Source: an uncultured delta proteobacterium
Lineage (GTDB): Bacteria > Desulfobacterota > Binatia > UBA9968
DNA length: 64,000 nt
Assembly (NCBI GenBank): GCA_963804165.1
Contig: CAWDPO010000017.1
Span: forward strand, 384,001 to 448,000
Reading direction: 5' to 3'
This document shows positions 1 through 10,527 of this stretch, one piece after another. Made by a program: the position numbers and the translations under genes. The notes beneath the pieces are model-generated. The model was given only the letters and a program-made list of their open reading frames with translations. It ran no database searches and was not told where the DNA came from. Each line of letters opens with the position of its first letter. The stretch's first letter is position 1.

Positions 1-1292
1 TGACCGGTTTGCCGAACCGCTCCCGTTTGACCGAGCACTTGCAGCAGCTTCTCAGCCGTCAGGACGTGCCTGTTGAAGTTGCTCTCTTTCGGGTCAATAT
101 CGATCGCTTCGAAGAAATCAATAATGCTCTGAGCTACCGGAACGGCGACGAACTGCTGCGCCAGTTCGGCAAGCGATTGAAGGACGCCGTCAGTGACGCG
201 GACATGATCGCGCGGTTGGACGCCGACGAGTTCGGCATTGTCGTCGCCCAAGCGGGCGTGTCACAGGTGGCGGCGGATATCTCCCGCTTTGTCATTTCCG
301 CCCTCGAGGCGCCTTTTGTGATCGATCAATTGCCGTTGGACGTTCACGCGAGTATCGGCATTGCGCTCGCTCCCGAGCACGCGACGAGCGCCGACGAGCT
401 GTTACGCCGGGGCGATATGGCGATGCGCTCGGCGAAACGTTCGACGGCAGGGTATGCGCTCTACACCGACGCCATCGATCAGTATGACCCGCAGCGCCTG
501 ACGTTGATGGGCGAGCTGAGTCACGCCATCGATCACGATGAATTGTCTTTGTATTACCAACCCAAGGTCAGTTTAAAAACAGAACGGATCATCGGCGTCG
601 AAGCGCTCGTGCGCTGGCATCACCCGCAGCGCGGCCTGATTGTGCCCGATCAATTTATTCCGCTGGCCGAAAAGACCGGCGCGATTCAACGGCTGACCCT
701 ATGGGTGCTCGAGACTGCGATCCGTCAGTCTACGGTCTGGCAGCGAGCGGGCTTCGATCTCAAGGTGGCGGTCAATCTTTCCGTTCGCAATCTGCTCGAA
801 GCGGCGTTTCCCACTCGGGTGATTTCTCTCTTGAAAGACGACGGGATGGCAGCCAACGGCTTGACCATGGAAATAACCGAAAGCGCGCTGATGGCGGATC
901 CCGCGAAGGCGCGCAAAGTGCTGATCTTGCTGAGCCATCATGGGATACGCTTTTCGATCGATGATTTTGGCACCGGCTATTCGTCCCTGGCTTATCTGAA
1001 GCATCTGCCGGTGAGCGAAATAAAAATCGACAAGCTCTTCGTTTCCACGCTGATGACCGACGCGGATAATTCGACGATCGTGCGCTCGACAATTGATCTC
1101 GGCCGCAATCTCGGCCTATCGGTCGTCGCGGAAGGAGTGGAGGACCAACAAACCTGGGAGAAGCTCGGCGCCATGGGGTGCGACGAAGCTCAAGGTTACT
1201 ACATGAGCAGGCCATTGCCTGCCGATCAGGTTGAACGCTGGCTAAAAGAGTCGCAATGGGGCATCGCAACGCGCGCTTGCGTCGCCGAGTAA
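1..1292 (+). CDS. GGDEF-EAL protein, 5'-truncated by the window; probable c-di-GMP phosphodiesterase
   Basis: The frame opens within LTGLPNR. The GGDEF site is degenerate (RLDADEF). EALVRW and DDFGTGYSSL are intact. Confidence 0.92.
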   Translation, partial: TGLPNRSRLTEHLQQLLSRQDVPVEVALFRVNIDRFEEINNALSYRNGDELLRQFGKRLKDAVSDADMIARLDADEFGIVVAQAGVSQVAADISRFVISALEAPFVIDQLPLDVHASIGIALAPEHATSADELLRRGDMAMRSAKRSTAGYALYTDAIDQYDPQRLTLMGELSHAIDHDELSLYYQPKVSLKTERIIGVEALVRWHHPQRGLIVPDQFIPLAEKTGAIQRLTLWVLETAIRQSTVWQRAGFDLKVAVNLSVRNLLEAAFPTRVISLLKDDGMAANGLTMEITESALMADPAKARKVLILLSHHGIRFSIDDFGTGYSSLAYLKHLPVSEIKIDKLFVSTLMTDADNSTIVRSTIDLGRNLGLSVVAEGVEDQQTWEKLGAMGCDEAQGYYMSRPLPADQVERWLKESQWGIATRACVAE

Positions 1293-1327
1293 ACCACCGG
1301 TATCAGACACACTCAGTGTTAGGTTAG

Positions 1328-4300
1328 ATGGGACAATCGAGCACCCACGATCCCCGATCTCAGGAAGTGGCCCCCGAGTTTGCGGGCCAACCCCTCGCCT
1401 CGTCTCACATCAACGTGCTGATCGCCGACGATAACGTCACGAACCGCAAACTGCTGCGCACATTGCTGGAATCCGAGGGGAACGCCGTGCTCGAAGCCGA
1501 CAACGGCGTCACCGCCCTAAAATTTCTCGAGCAGCGGCAGGTGGACGCGGTGATCTCCGATATTCTCATGCCCGGCATGGATGGGTTTCGCTTGTGTTTT
1601 GAAATCCGCAGAAACCCGAAACTGCGCAAGCTGCCCTTTATCGTATATACGGCGAGCTATACTTCGGCGTCGGACGAGAAACTCGCGATGCAATTCGGCG
1701 CCGATCGATTTATTCGCAAGCCGGCGTCCATCAACAGCATCGTCGAGACGCTCTATGAGGTCGTCGAGTCGGTTCAGAACCGGGACCAAATCGAGGTCAA
1801 AATTCCCGAAGAAGCCGGCGTGATGCGAGCGTACAGCCAGGTGTTGGTGACTAAACTCGAACAGACCATTCTTAATCTGTCAGAGACCAATAAGATTCTC
1901 GCCGAACGAACGACGCTGGCGGAATTTGCGATGGCCGTCAGCACAACGCTTTCACAATGCACGAATTTGCAGGAGATGCTGCGTCAATGTTGCGCTGCCA
2001 CCGTTGACCACTTAGGCGCCGTCTTTGCCCGGATTTGGACGTTGAATGAACGGGAAAAGGTGCTTGAGCTGCAAGCAAGTTCGGGAATGGATCCCCACAT
2101 CAACGGCGCCGATGCCCGCATCCCGATAGGTCGGTCCAACATCGGCCGCATCGCCTCGGAACGCAAACCGCATCTCACTAACGCCGTTATCGGCGACCCC
2201 AGGGTGCAAGATCAGGATTGGATGAGGCGGGAAGGCATGATCGCGTTTGCGGGCTACCCTTTGATGATCGCCGATCAGGTCGTCGGCGTCATGGAGACAT
2301 TTGCCCGGGCGTCTTTCAGTCAGAATACACTTGAGATTATGGGTTCGGTGGCTCGGAGCATCGCCGTCGGCATTCAGCGCCAGTTCGCCGAAGAGGAGGT
2401 GCGCCGGAGCGCAGAGCGCTTTGGCGATCTGGCAGAAAACATCAACGAGATATTCTTCGTCGCGGCTCCGGGGGGAGGACAATTTTATTACGTAAATCCC
2501 GCTCACGAGCAAATCACAGGTCAAAAGTGCGCTGAGCTCTACCAAAATCCGCACGCGTGGCTTGAATGCATTCATCCGGATGATCGCGCGCGGGCTCACG
2601 AGGCTTTGCGAGCCAATTCTGCGGATCTCGATCAAGAATATCGTATTTTGAGACCGGATAGGGAGATACGCTGGCTGCGCTCACGCGCGTATCCGGTAAA
2701 GGATGCCGAGGGCAAAGTAGTGCGGGTCGTTGGCATTGCAACCGACATTACGGAACGCAAGCAAGCCGAAGAGAAAGTAAACCAGAATCTCAACCGTATC
2801 AAGGCGCTGCACGATATTGATCTCGCAATCACTTCGACCCTGGATCTGGCGACAATTTTGAAAGCCCTGTTGGCAAAAATCGAAAATGTTTTCCCCTATC
2901 CCACGGTCACGACAGTTCGGCTGTTGAATCGGACAACTGGTGAATTGGAAGCGTTGGCCTGCCATAACGTCGATCTAGACGATTGGAAGGTAAGTTTCGT
3001 CGATCAACGGGGCGGTCGCGCCTATCAGGTGCTCAAAAGCCACGCGCCTCTGGTTGTGCGCGACGTGCGGGGCCATTCGGATACCGTCAACCCTGCACTA
3101 TTTCAAAAATATGGTTTGGTCTCTTACATCGGTCTGCCGCTAATCGCAAAAGACCAGTCCTTGGGCGTTTTGAACTTCTACACCAAGCAGGAGCACGTGT
3201 TTAGCCCGGCAGAAATCCAATTTTTGATGACGCTGGCATCCCAAGCAGCGATCGCGATTCACAACGCTCAGCTCCACGAACAAACCCAGCGAAATTTCGA
3301 ACGGATCCAAGCGATTCTGGACAGCGCGCTCGATTGTATCGTCACCATGGATCGCGATGGGAAAATCGTCGAGTTTAACCCGGCGGCGGAAAAGACATTC
3401 AATTATATGCGCGCTGAGGTTATCGGCAAGGAACTGAGTGAGTTGATCATCCCGCCGTCGTTGCGCGAGAGGCATCGCCGTGGTCTGGAGCATTATTTGA
3501 GCACCGGTGAGGGACCGGTGCTCGGCAAGCGACTTGAAATAACCGCAATGCGCGCCGATGGTAGTGAGTTTCCCGCTGAGTTGATCGTCAGCCACAGCTC
3601 CATCAGTGGTGGAGCGCCAACTTTTACCGGCTTCATACGCGACATTTCCGCGCGCAAACATGCAGAAGAGCAGATTCAGCGCAATCTGGAGCGCATCCGG
3701 GCGCTCCACGAAATCGACGTCGCCATCAATTCGACGTTAGACCTAGACACCGTCCTGCGAGTGTTGCTGGAAAAAATCGATCTTTTTATTCCCTATCCCT
3801 CGGTGACCACCGTGAGGCTGCGGAACCCGGAAACCGGCCAATTCGAGGTCCTTGCCTGCCGCAATATTGACGCCGCGGAGTGGAAGAGTGAATTCGTCAG
3901 ATCTCACGGACGGGCGAGACGCGTCATGGAAACCAAGACACCCGTTACGGTGCGCAGCCTTGCGACCGATCCGAACACTCATAACCCGGACTTTTATCGT
4001 CGTCATGGCCTGATTTCCTATGCTTCATTGCCGTTGGTCGTGCGCGACGAAGCCATTGGAGTTTTCAACCTCTACACCAAAGAGGAGCATGAGTTTAGCG
4101 CCGAAGAGCTCGAATTCTTGCTGACGCTGGCGGGCCAGGCGGCAATCGCGATCAATAACGCCCGGCTCTACGAGCACACCCAGCGCCATCTCAGGCGCAT
4201 CCAAGGGGTTTCCGAAATCAATACCGCGATCGCCTCTTCGCTCAGCTTGAAGAATGTTTTGGACGTCTTACTGGAGAAAACCGAACTGTTTTGTCCGGTT

Positions 4301-6511
4301 GCGGTCGCGTGCGGCACCCGCCTGTTCGACGAGGCGACGGGAAACATGGTTCCACTGGCCTCGCGCCATATTCCATTCGAAGAATGGAAGCAAGAAGTCG
4401 CGAGCGCCAAGGGACGTCTGACCCGGCTGCTCATCGAGACGAAAAGGCCCGTGGCGATTCTTAACATGCACACAGACTCTCGAACTTCGATGAACCAGTT
4501 CGCGCGCCGACACGGCCTGGTTTCCTACCTCGGGGTGCCGCTGATCGTTAAAGACAAGTTCATCGGCAATCTGGTCATCTATACGAGAAAGGAACATGCC
4601 TTTACCTCCGAGGAGATCGAGTTCTTTTCCAACTTGGGCAGTCAGGCGGCGATAGCGATCCACAACGCTCAACTCTACGAGGAAGCGCGCGCGCGAGAGA
4701 CGCAGCTGCAAGATAGCAACCGAATGCTCTCGGCTCTCCACTCGGTCGCTGCCGCTGCGAATCAATCGCTGGATGTGAATCGCGTGCTACAAGCGGCGAT
4801 CGGCAAGATCACCGAGATTTTTCAATTCGACGCGACTCGAATCCATCTTTTCGAGGGTGATTCCGGCCAGCTCGTGCGCCGGGCATCCTTTGAAAAAGAT
4901 CCCGAACGTTCGACGGCACCGAAACCCTTCAAACCGGATGATGGGGTGATCGGCAAGGTCGCGGCGACCGGACAAGCCTTGGTGTTCGAGGACATCGACT
5001 CGGACGCGCGTTATCGCGAGCTGAGTCGAAGCAAATACTCTGTCCGGTTTCACGATCGTTTCGTTGCTGTCTTTCCGATTCGCGCCAAGTCGGGGATACT
5101 CGGCACGCTCACGTGCCTTGGCCATGAGATGCGAAACTTGGGCATGGCGGAAAGACAGCTTCTGGAAGCGATCACCGACCAGATCGCGGCGGCAATCGAA
5201 AATGCCCGCTTGTTCGAAAAGAACGAGACCTCCAATCGAGAGCTGGCCGCGACGAACAGGTTTTTAGACAAATCTCTCGGTCAGCTCACCAGCCTGTACA
5301 CTGCGTTGACACCGCTTGCGCCCTCGGAATCGCTCGGAGAAATGGTCAGTGGAATCATGGAACGGCTCGTCGAAGCGACGGGCGCGGACGCTTCGTTGAT
5401 TCGGATTTGGAATCGCGATGCGGGCAACTATCCTGTTATTGGGCAGTTGGGCTATCCGCATGCATTTATTGCGGAGGCTCGCCCCGAAAGGTCGGAAGGA
5501 GCCGTCGGTTGGGTGCTCAAGAATAACCAGCCGATCATCTCCGCCGACATTGCCTCCGATGCTCGCTTAAGGCGAAAAGCTCAATTGCCGATCGGATTTC
5601 AATCCTGCGCGATCCTGCCGCTACAGGTACACGGCGAGGTACGCGGTGTAATCCAGCTTTCGAGCCGAAAATTGCGCTATTTCGACAACGACCAAGAGTA
5701 CCATCTCATGGCAGTGGCCCGGCAGATGAGCATCGCGCTGGAAAACCGGGAGCTGTTCTATACCCTCAGGACGTCGCGCAACGAGCTCGAGAAGGCTAAC
5801 AAGGTGAAGGATGAGTTTTTGAGCGTCATGTCGCACGAACTCCGGACGCCGCTCAGCGTGATCATCGGCTACAGCGGGATGTTGAGCCAAAAACAGCTGG
5901 GTTTGCTCACGACCGAGCAAGACCAGGCGGTCGAAGTCATACAGCGCAATTCGCAAGAGCTCGCCGCGATGATTGAAAGCATCATGGACGCGACGAAGAT
6001 CGAAGCCGGTTCGATGCTCGCGGAAAAAGAGCTGATCTCGCTGTCCGACTTGCTTGATGAAATTAGGCTCGCCTACGACTTTGCCACGGGCAAAGACATT
6101 CGCTTGGAGTGGCGCTTTGCGGACGCGCCGCCGGCGATCTGGACGGATTCGCGCAAATTGCGCCAGATCCTTACGAACCTCATCAGCAATGCCATCAAGT
6201 TCAGCGACCGGGGCCAGATCGTCACCTCAGCGCGGCAAAAAATCGAGCCGGGCGCCGGCGCGGATGAAAAATGGATTGAGTTCGAGGTGGCCGACAGCGG
6301 CGTCGGAATTCCGCCGGAGGAATGGGAAAAGATCTTCGAGCGATTCCACCAACTCGATAGTTCCGGAACGCGACGCTTCGAGGGCGTCGGTCTCGGACTC
6401 TACATCGTCAAGTCGTTCAGCGAGTTGTTGGGTGGTCGGGTATCAGTGCGCAGCGAAGTCGGCAAAGGCTCGACCTTTACGGTGCGCTTGCCGATGCTGA
6501 CGGCTTCCTAG
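1328..6511 (+). CDS. Hybrid sensor histidine kinase (REC-GAF-PAS-GAF-PAS-GAF-GAF-GAF-GAF-HisKA-HATPase)
   Basis: N-terminal receiver (IADDN...SDILMPGMDG), two PAS (DITERK, DISARK), six GAF-like blocks, H-box SHELRTPL, N-box NLISNAIKF, G-boxes DSGVGI and GVGLGL. Confidence 0.93.
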   Translation: MGQSSTHDPRSQEVAPEFAGQPLASSHINVLIADDNVTNRKLLRTLLESEGNAVLEADNGVTALKFLEQRQVDAVISDILMPGMDGFRLCFEIRRNPKLRKLPFIVYTASYTSASDEKLAMQFGADRFIRKPASINSIVETLYEVVESVQNRDQIEVKIPEEAGVMRAYSQVLVTKLEQTILNLSETNKILAERTTLAEFAMAVSTTLSQCTNLQEMLRQCCAATVDHLGAVFARIWTLNEREKVLELQASSGMDPHINGADARIPIGRSNIGRIASERKPHLTNAVIGDPRVQDQDWMRREGMIAFAGYPLMIADQVVGVMETFARASFSQNTLEIMGSVARSIAVGIQRQFAEEEVRRSAERFGDLAENINEIFFVAAPGGGQFYYVNPAHEQITGQKCAELYQNPHAWLECIHPDDRARAHEALRANSADLDQEYRILRPDREIRWLRSRAYPVKDAEGKVVRVVGIATDITERKQAEEKVNQNLNRIKALHDIDLAITSTLDLATILKALLAKIENVFPYPTVTTVRLLNRTTGELEALACHNVDLDDWKVSFVDQRGGRAYQVLKSHAPLVVRDVRGHSDTVNPALFQKYGLVSYIGLPLIAKDQSLGVLNFYTKQEHVFSPAEIQFLMTLASQAAIAIHNAQLHEQTQRNFERIQAILDSALDCIVTMDRDGKIVEFNPAAEKTFNYMRAEVIGKELSELIIPPSLRERHRRGLEHYLSTGEGPVLGKRLEITAMRADGSEFPAELIVSHSSISGGAPTFTGFIRDISARKHAEEQIQRNLERIRALHEIDVAINSTLDLDTVLRVLLEKIDLFIPYPSVTTVRLRNPETGQFEVLACRNIDAAEWKSEFVRSHGRARRVMETKTPVTVRSLATDPNTHNPDFYRRHGLISYASLPLVVRDEAIGVFNLYTKEEHEFSAEELEFLLTLAGQAAIAINNARLYEHTQRHLRRIQGVSEINTAIASSLSLKNVLDVLLEKTELFCPVAVACGTRLFDEATGNMVPLASRHIPFEEWKQEVASAKGRLTRLLIETKRPVAILNMHTDSRTSMNQFARRHGLVSYLGVPLIVKDKFIGNLVIYTRKEHAFTSEEIEFFSNLGSQAAIAIHNAQLYEEARARETQLQDSNRMLSALHSVAAAANQSLDVNRVLQAAIGKITEIFQFDATRIHLFEGDSGQLVRRASFEKDPERSTAPKPFKPDDGVIGKVAATGQALVFEDIDSDARYRELSRSKYSVRFHDRFVAVFPIRAKSGILGTLTCLGHEMRNLGMAERQLLEAITDQIAAAIENARLFEKNETSNRELAATNRFLDKSLGQLTSLYTALTPLAPSESLGEMVSGIMERLVEATGADASLIRIWNRDAGNYPVIGQLGYPHAFIAEARPERSEGAVGWVLKNNQPIISADIASDARLRRKAQLPIGFQSCAILPLQVHGEVRGVIQLSSRKLRYFDNDQEYHLMAVARQMSIALENRELFYTLRTSRNELEKANKVKDEFLSVMSHELRTPLSVIIGYSGMLSQKQLGLLTTEQDQAVEVIQRNSQELAAMIESIMDATKIEAGSMLAEKELISLSDLLDEIRLAYDFATGKDIRLEWRFADAPPAIWTDSRKLRQILTNLISNAIKFSDRGQIVTSARQKIEPGAGADEKWIEFEVADSGVGIPPEEWEKIFERFHQLDSSGTRRFEGVGLGLYIVKSFSELLGGRVSVRSEVGKGSTFTVRLPMLTAS

Positions 6512-6559
6512 TGTCCTGCCTCTAAGTTTGCTGCATTATTCCCGCGGCATTCTGACGGA

Positions 6560-6640
6560 AAATCTCCCCTTCCCCTCTTTGTCAAAGAGGGGTGAAAACC
6601 GCAAACTCCGCCTTTGAAAAAAGGCATACAGAGAGATTTG
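6560..6640. repeat. REP-like palindromic intergenic element
   Basis: Hairpins CCCCTCTTTG-T-CAAAGAGGGG and GCCTTT..AAAGGC, enclosed by AAATCTC..GAGATTT. Related CCC..GGG hairpins lie near 26860-26900 and 56575-56615. Confidence 0.55.
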
Positions 6641-6966
6641 CGTTCGATTTCACCTTCTGCCAGTAGGTATAGAAGAGAGATTTGATCTTTTCCGCAGCCG
6701 TCAATCCCTCCTAATCCTTTGTTAACGGAAAGAATGCCGGAACGACCGAGACGCTCGTTTCTCGCGAGCCATCTTCAATGGAGCCGGAATTTCGGAGCAT
6801 CTTAATTCAATCCCGTCTTTATGCGCCTGCACGGCGATCTGCGCACGTTCGCCTGTGCAAGCAGTGCATCCGTATCATCATTCTCGCGTCCCAGACGCAC
6901 TTCCCTTGACAATCGGTTCGCGGCTCAAATAAGGTCAGCTCAAATTCCCCGAGGAGGTATCAAACC

Positions 6967-7806
6967 GTGGCAGCGACACTATGGAAAGAATACAAAACCG
7001 TTAAGGTGGAAAAAGAAGACGGCATCACCTGGTGCATTCTCAATCGGCCTGAAAAACGCAATGCGATGAACCCGCAGCTCCATTACGACATGCTCGAAGC
7101 TCTCACTGAGCTCGAAGTCGACAAGGATACGAAAGTTTTGGTGCTCACGGGCGCGGGGCCGAGCTGGTGCGCGGGTCAGGATCTGCGCGAGTATTTTCGC
7201 GGCACGGATAATAATCCGCTGGAGCGGCGCAAAGCGAGCTGGGCATCGCAAGAGTGGCGCTGGCGCCGTTTGTTCTGGTTCCCGAAGCCCACCATCGCCA
7301 TGGTCAACGGCTTCTGTTTCGGCGGCGCGTTCACGCCGCTGATCGCCTGTGACTTCGCGATCGCCGCGGAGGACGCGACCTTCGGTTTGAGCGAAGTGAA
7401 CTGGGGTATTTTCCCGGGCGGATTGGTGAGCCGAGTTTTGGCCGACGCGATGTGCTACCGCGACGCCATGTGGGCGATCATGACAGGTGATCCGTTCGAC
7501 GGCAAGAAAGCCGCCGAGATGAGGCTGATCAACTACGCCGTGCCGAAAGAAAAACTGCGCGAAGAGACGATTGGCCTGGCGCAGAAGCTGATGAAGAAAA
7601 ATCCCCAGGTGCTGCGCGCGGCGAAGGAAGTCTATAAATATTGCCGCACCATGGATTACGCTCAGGCGGAAGATTACATGGGCGCCAAAGGGACGGCGCT
7701 TCGCCTGACCGATCCGGAAAAGGGCCGCGAAACCGGCATGGAGCAGTTTCTCGACAAAAAGACTTACCGTCCGGGTCTGGGCGAGTACAACCGCAACGCG
7801 AAATAG
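6967..7806 (+). CDS. ech: Hydroxycinnamoyl-CoA (feruloyl-CoA) hydratase-lyase, crotonase family
   Basis: GTG start after GAGGAGG. The motifs NRPEKRNAM, DLREYFR, CFGGAFTPL, FGLSEVNWGI and GRETGMEQFLDKK match the HCHL/Ech subfamily as recalled. Confidence 0.88.
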   Translation: MAATLWKEYKTVKVEKEDGITWCILNRPEKRNAMNPQLHYDMLEALTELEVDKDTKVLVLTGAGPSWCAGQDLREYFRGTDNNPLERRKASWASQEWRWRRLFWFPKPTIAMVNGFCFGGAFTPLIACDFAIAAEDATFGLSEVNWGIFPGGLVSRVLADAMCYRDAMWAIMTGDPFDGKKAAEMRLINYAVPKEKLREETIGLAQKLMKKNPQVLRAAKEVYKYCRTMDYAQAEDYMGAKGTALRLTDPEKGRETGMEQFLDKKTYRPGLGEYNRNAK

Positions 7807-7918
7807 TTTTCTAAGTTCAAGGTTCAAAGGTTCAACGTTCAAGGTTGGGATCGGATTTTGGATTGGCTGAAAGATGCCGCTCCAAAATCCGAAATTCAAA
7901 ATCTAAAACAGGACAGCG

Positions 7919-9082
7919 GTGGATTTCGATTTACCGGAAGAGCTGCGACTCTTAAAAGACACGGTTCGAAAGTTCGTCGACCGCGAGCTGATTCCCCTCG
8001 AGCGCGAGTGCCGCCCCGAAGGGGAGGACATGCCCGAGCAGTACATCAAGCCGCTTCAGGAAAAGGCCAAAGCGATCGGGCTGTGGCTGCTCGACGTGCC
8101 GCAGGAATACGGCGGCGCCGGGCTCGATCTGATGAGCCGCTGCGTGATCATGGAAGAGGTGGCGCGCACCGTGGCGATTCCGTTTCGTTACGCGCCAATA
8201 TTTGGCCCGGAAGTCCGGCCGGTGCTGTTTCATTGCAATGAAGAACAGAAACCGCGCTTTCTTCTTCCCGTCATTCGCGGCGAGAAAAGAATTTGCTTTG
8301 CGCAGACTGAGCCCGATGCCGGCAGCGACCCGTCGGGCATGAAGACACGGGCGGTGCGCGACGGTGATCACTATATGATCAACGGGACCAAGCGGTTCAT
8401 TACCGCCGCTAAGAACGCGGATTATGCGCAGGTCATCGCCGTTACTGACCCGCAGAAGGGCGCGCGCGGCGGCGTGAGTTGCTTTGTCGTCGATATGAAA
8501 GCGCCGGGCGTAACGCTCGAACGATTGTGGCCGACCATGATGGGCGACACGCCCGGACAAATTCATTTTGAAAACGTGCGCGTGCCAGCCGCCGACATGA
8601 TCGGCAGGGAAGGCGAAGGATTCTCCATCGCCCAAGGCTGGATTCAAGAAGGTCGCATCCGCGGCCACGGCGCGCGGCCCGTCGGCATCGCCTCGCGCGC
8701 CCTCGACATGATGATCGAGTATTCCAAAGTCCGCACCACTTTCGGACGCCCGCTGTCGGATAGGCAGGCGATTCAGTTCATGATCGCCGACTCGGCGATG
8801 GAGCTGCACGCATGCCGTTTGATGGTTTACGAATGCGCCTGGCGCCATGACCGCGGCGAAGATGTTCGCCAGATTTCGTACATGACCAAGATTCAGTGCG
8901 CCGAGATGGCGAGCCGCGTGGTCGACCGCTCGATTCAAGTGCACGGCGGACTAGGACTGATGCGCGAGTTGCCGCTGGAATGGTGGTATCGCCAAGTGCG
9001 CAGTATCCGCATCACCGAAGGCACGCCGGAAGTTTTACGCTGGCGCCTGGCGCAGCACATCATCAAGAATCACAAGTCCTGA
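7919..9082 (+). CDS. Acyl-CoA dehydrogenase
   Basis: FAQTEPDAGSD, INGTKRFIT, RTTFGRPLSDRQAIQF, QVHGGLG, ITEGTPEV. Confidence 0.95.
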   Translation: MDFDLPEELRLLKDTVRKFVDRELIPLERECRPEGEDMPEQYIKPLQEKAKAIGLWLLDVPQEYGGAGLDLMSRCVIMEEVARTVAIPFRYAPIFGPEVRPVLFHCNEEQKPRFLLPVIRGEKRICFAQTEPDAGSDPSGMKTRAVRDGDHYMINGTKRFITAAKNADYAQVIAVTDPQKGARGGVSCFVVDMKAPGVTLERLWPTMMGDTPGQIHFENVRVPAADMIGREGEGFSIAQGWIQEGRIRGHGARPVGIASRALDMMIEYSKVRTTFGRPLSDRQAIQFMIADSAMELHACRLMVYECAWRHDRGEDVRQISYMTKIQCAEMASRVVDRSIQVHGGLGLMRELPLEWWYRQVRSIRITEGTPEVLRWRLAQHIIKNHKS

Positions 9083-9233
9083 GCGTCTGCTGAAGCGACT
9101 CACATGTTTTATCAGCTGCGATTGTGTCCCTTTAAAGAATCAAAATTGGAGTGTTGGAGTGTTGGAGTAATGGAGTGATGCGTCCGCTACCCAACACTCC
9201 AATGCTCCGGTACTCCGACACTCCGTTCTGCCG

Positions 9234-10442
9234 ATGACCGACACGAACAACGCCACTTCGCTCCTTTCCGGCTACCGCGTTCTCGACCTGAGCTCCTCCA
9301 TGGGCGCCTTTTGCGGCAAACTTTTGCGCGACCTCGGCATGGACGTCATTAAAATCGAACCGCCGGAAGGGGATGCGGCGCGCGCCGAGCCGCCGTTCGC
9401 AAAGGGCCACGTGCATCGCGAAGGCAGCCTGCGATTCGCTTACTTGAACGCCGGCAAGCGCGGTGTCACGTTGAATCTCGCCAAGCCCGACGGACGGAAA
9501 TTACTTCTCGACTTGGTCGCGCGCTCTGATGTCGTCGTGGAAGATTTTCCTCCCGGTCATCTCGCTGGTTTGGGACTTGGCTACGATGCGCTGGTCGCAG
9601 GGAAAACAAATTTGATCTTGGCGTCGCTGAGCGGTTTCGGCCAGGACGGACCGTACGCTCATTATAAGACTCCGGATATCGTCGGCAATGCGATGGGAGG
9701 TCTGCTCTATATCAGCGGCGATCCGACGATGACACCGTGCAATCCACCCGAGACGCAATCCTACTATTACGCCAGTCTTTTTGCCTCCTACGGCGTCATG
9801 CTGGCGCTGTGGCAGCGCGAGACGCGCGGCATCGGCGCGTGGATCGACACGTCGATTCAAGCAAGCATGGCGCTGCACGAGCACGTCGCCTTTAATTATT
9901 CCGCCGAGGGGCGGGTGATGAAACGTGCCGGCAGCCAGCACCAGCACAACGCCCCGGCGAATCTGTTCCAATGCAAAAACGGCTGGATCGCGCTCTTCGT
10001 CACCCAAACTCACTGGCCGCTATTGCTCAAAGTCTGGGATGATCATGACCCGGCGCTCGATGATCCGAAGTGGATCAATAGCAACCTGCGCCGACAACAC
10101 GCCGAGGATATCAACGCGCAGGTAACCTCTTTCACGTCGCGTTTTCTTAAGGAAGATCTGGCCGAGCTGTTGCAGAAAAACGGCATACCCGGCTTGCCGG
10201 TCAATTCTCCGTCCGACTTCATGAAGGACCCGCATATTCAAGCGCGCGGATTCTTCAGCGCCGTCACGCATCCCGTTCTCGGTTCGTTTCAGCAACCGGG
10301 AAATAGTTTCATGGTTGATGGTGCGCGCACCGGTCCCGCGCCGGCGCCGCTCTTGGGGCAACATAACCAGGAAGTGTTTTGTAAAGAGTTGGGGCTCAGC
10401 ACGAGCGATATAAGCGCGCTCGCTGGGGACGGCGTGATATGA
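9234..10442 (+). CDS. Class III (CaiB/BaiF) CoA-transferase, probable non-catalytic subunit
   Basis: RVLDL, DVIKIEPPEGD, LNAGKRGVTLNL, SGFGQDGPY, APLLGQHN. No Asp is visible at the usual catalytic position (PETQSYY). Confidence 0.9.
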   Translation: MTDTNNATSLLSGYRVLDLSSSMGAFCGKLLRDLGMDVIKIEPPEGDAARAEPPFAKGHVHREGSLRFAYLNAGKRGVTLNLAKPDGRKLLLDLVARSDVVVEDFPPGHLAGLGLGYDALVAGKTNLILASLSGFGQDGPYAHYKTPDIVGNAMGGLLYISGDPTMTPCNPPETQSYYYASLFASYGVMLALWQRETRGIGAWIDTSIQASMALHEHVAFNYSAEGRVMKRAGSQHQHNAPANLFQCKNGWIALFVTQTHWPLLLKVWDDHDPALDDPKWINSNLRRQHAEDINAQVTSFTSRFLKEDLAELLQKNGIPGLPVNSPSDFMKDPHIQARGFFSAVTHPVLGSFQQPGNSFMVDGARTGPAPAPLLGQHNQEVFCKELGLSTSDISALAGDGVI

Positions 10443-10527
10443 TCCATCTCAGATGTCAAATTTCAGATTCTAAAAAGGACGGAGCGGTTTAGCCTTTGAG
10501 ATCTAAGATTTGTGATTAGAGTAGGAC

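Noticed and set aside
1-480. Active diguanylate cyclase
   Set aside because: The signature reads DADEF, so activity is doubtful.
6979-8944. Long minus-strand ORFs opposite ech and the ACAD, and similar cases elsewhere
   Set aside because: These are antisense shadows typical of high-GC coding DNA.
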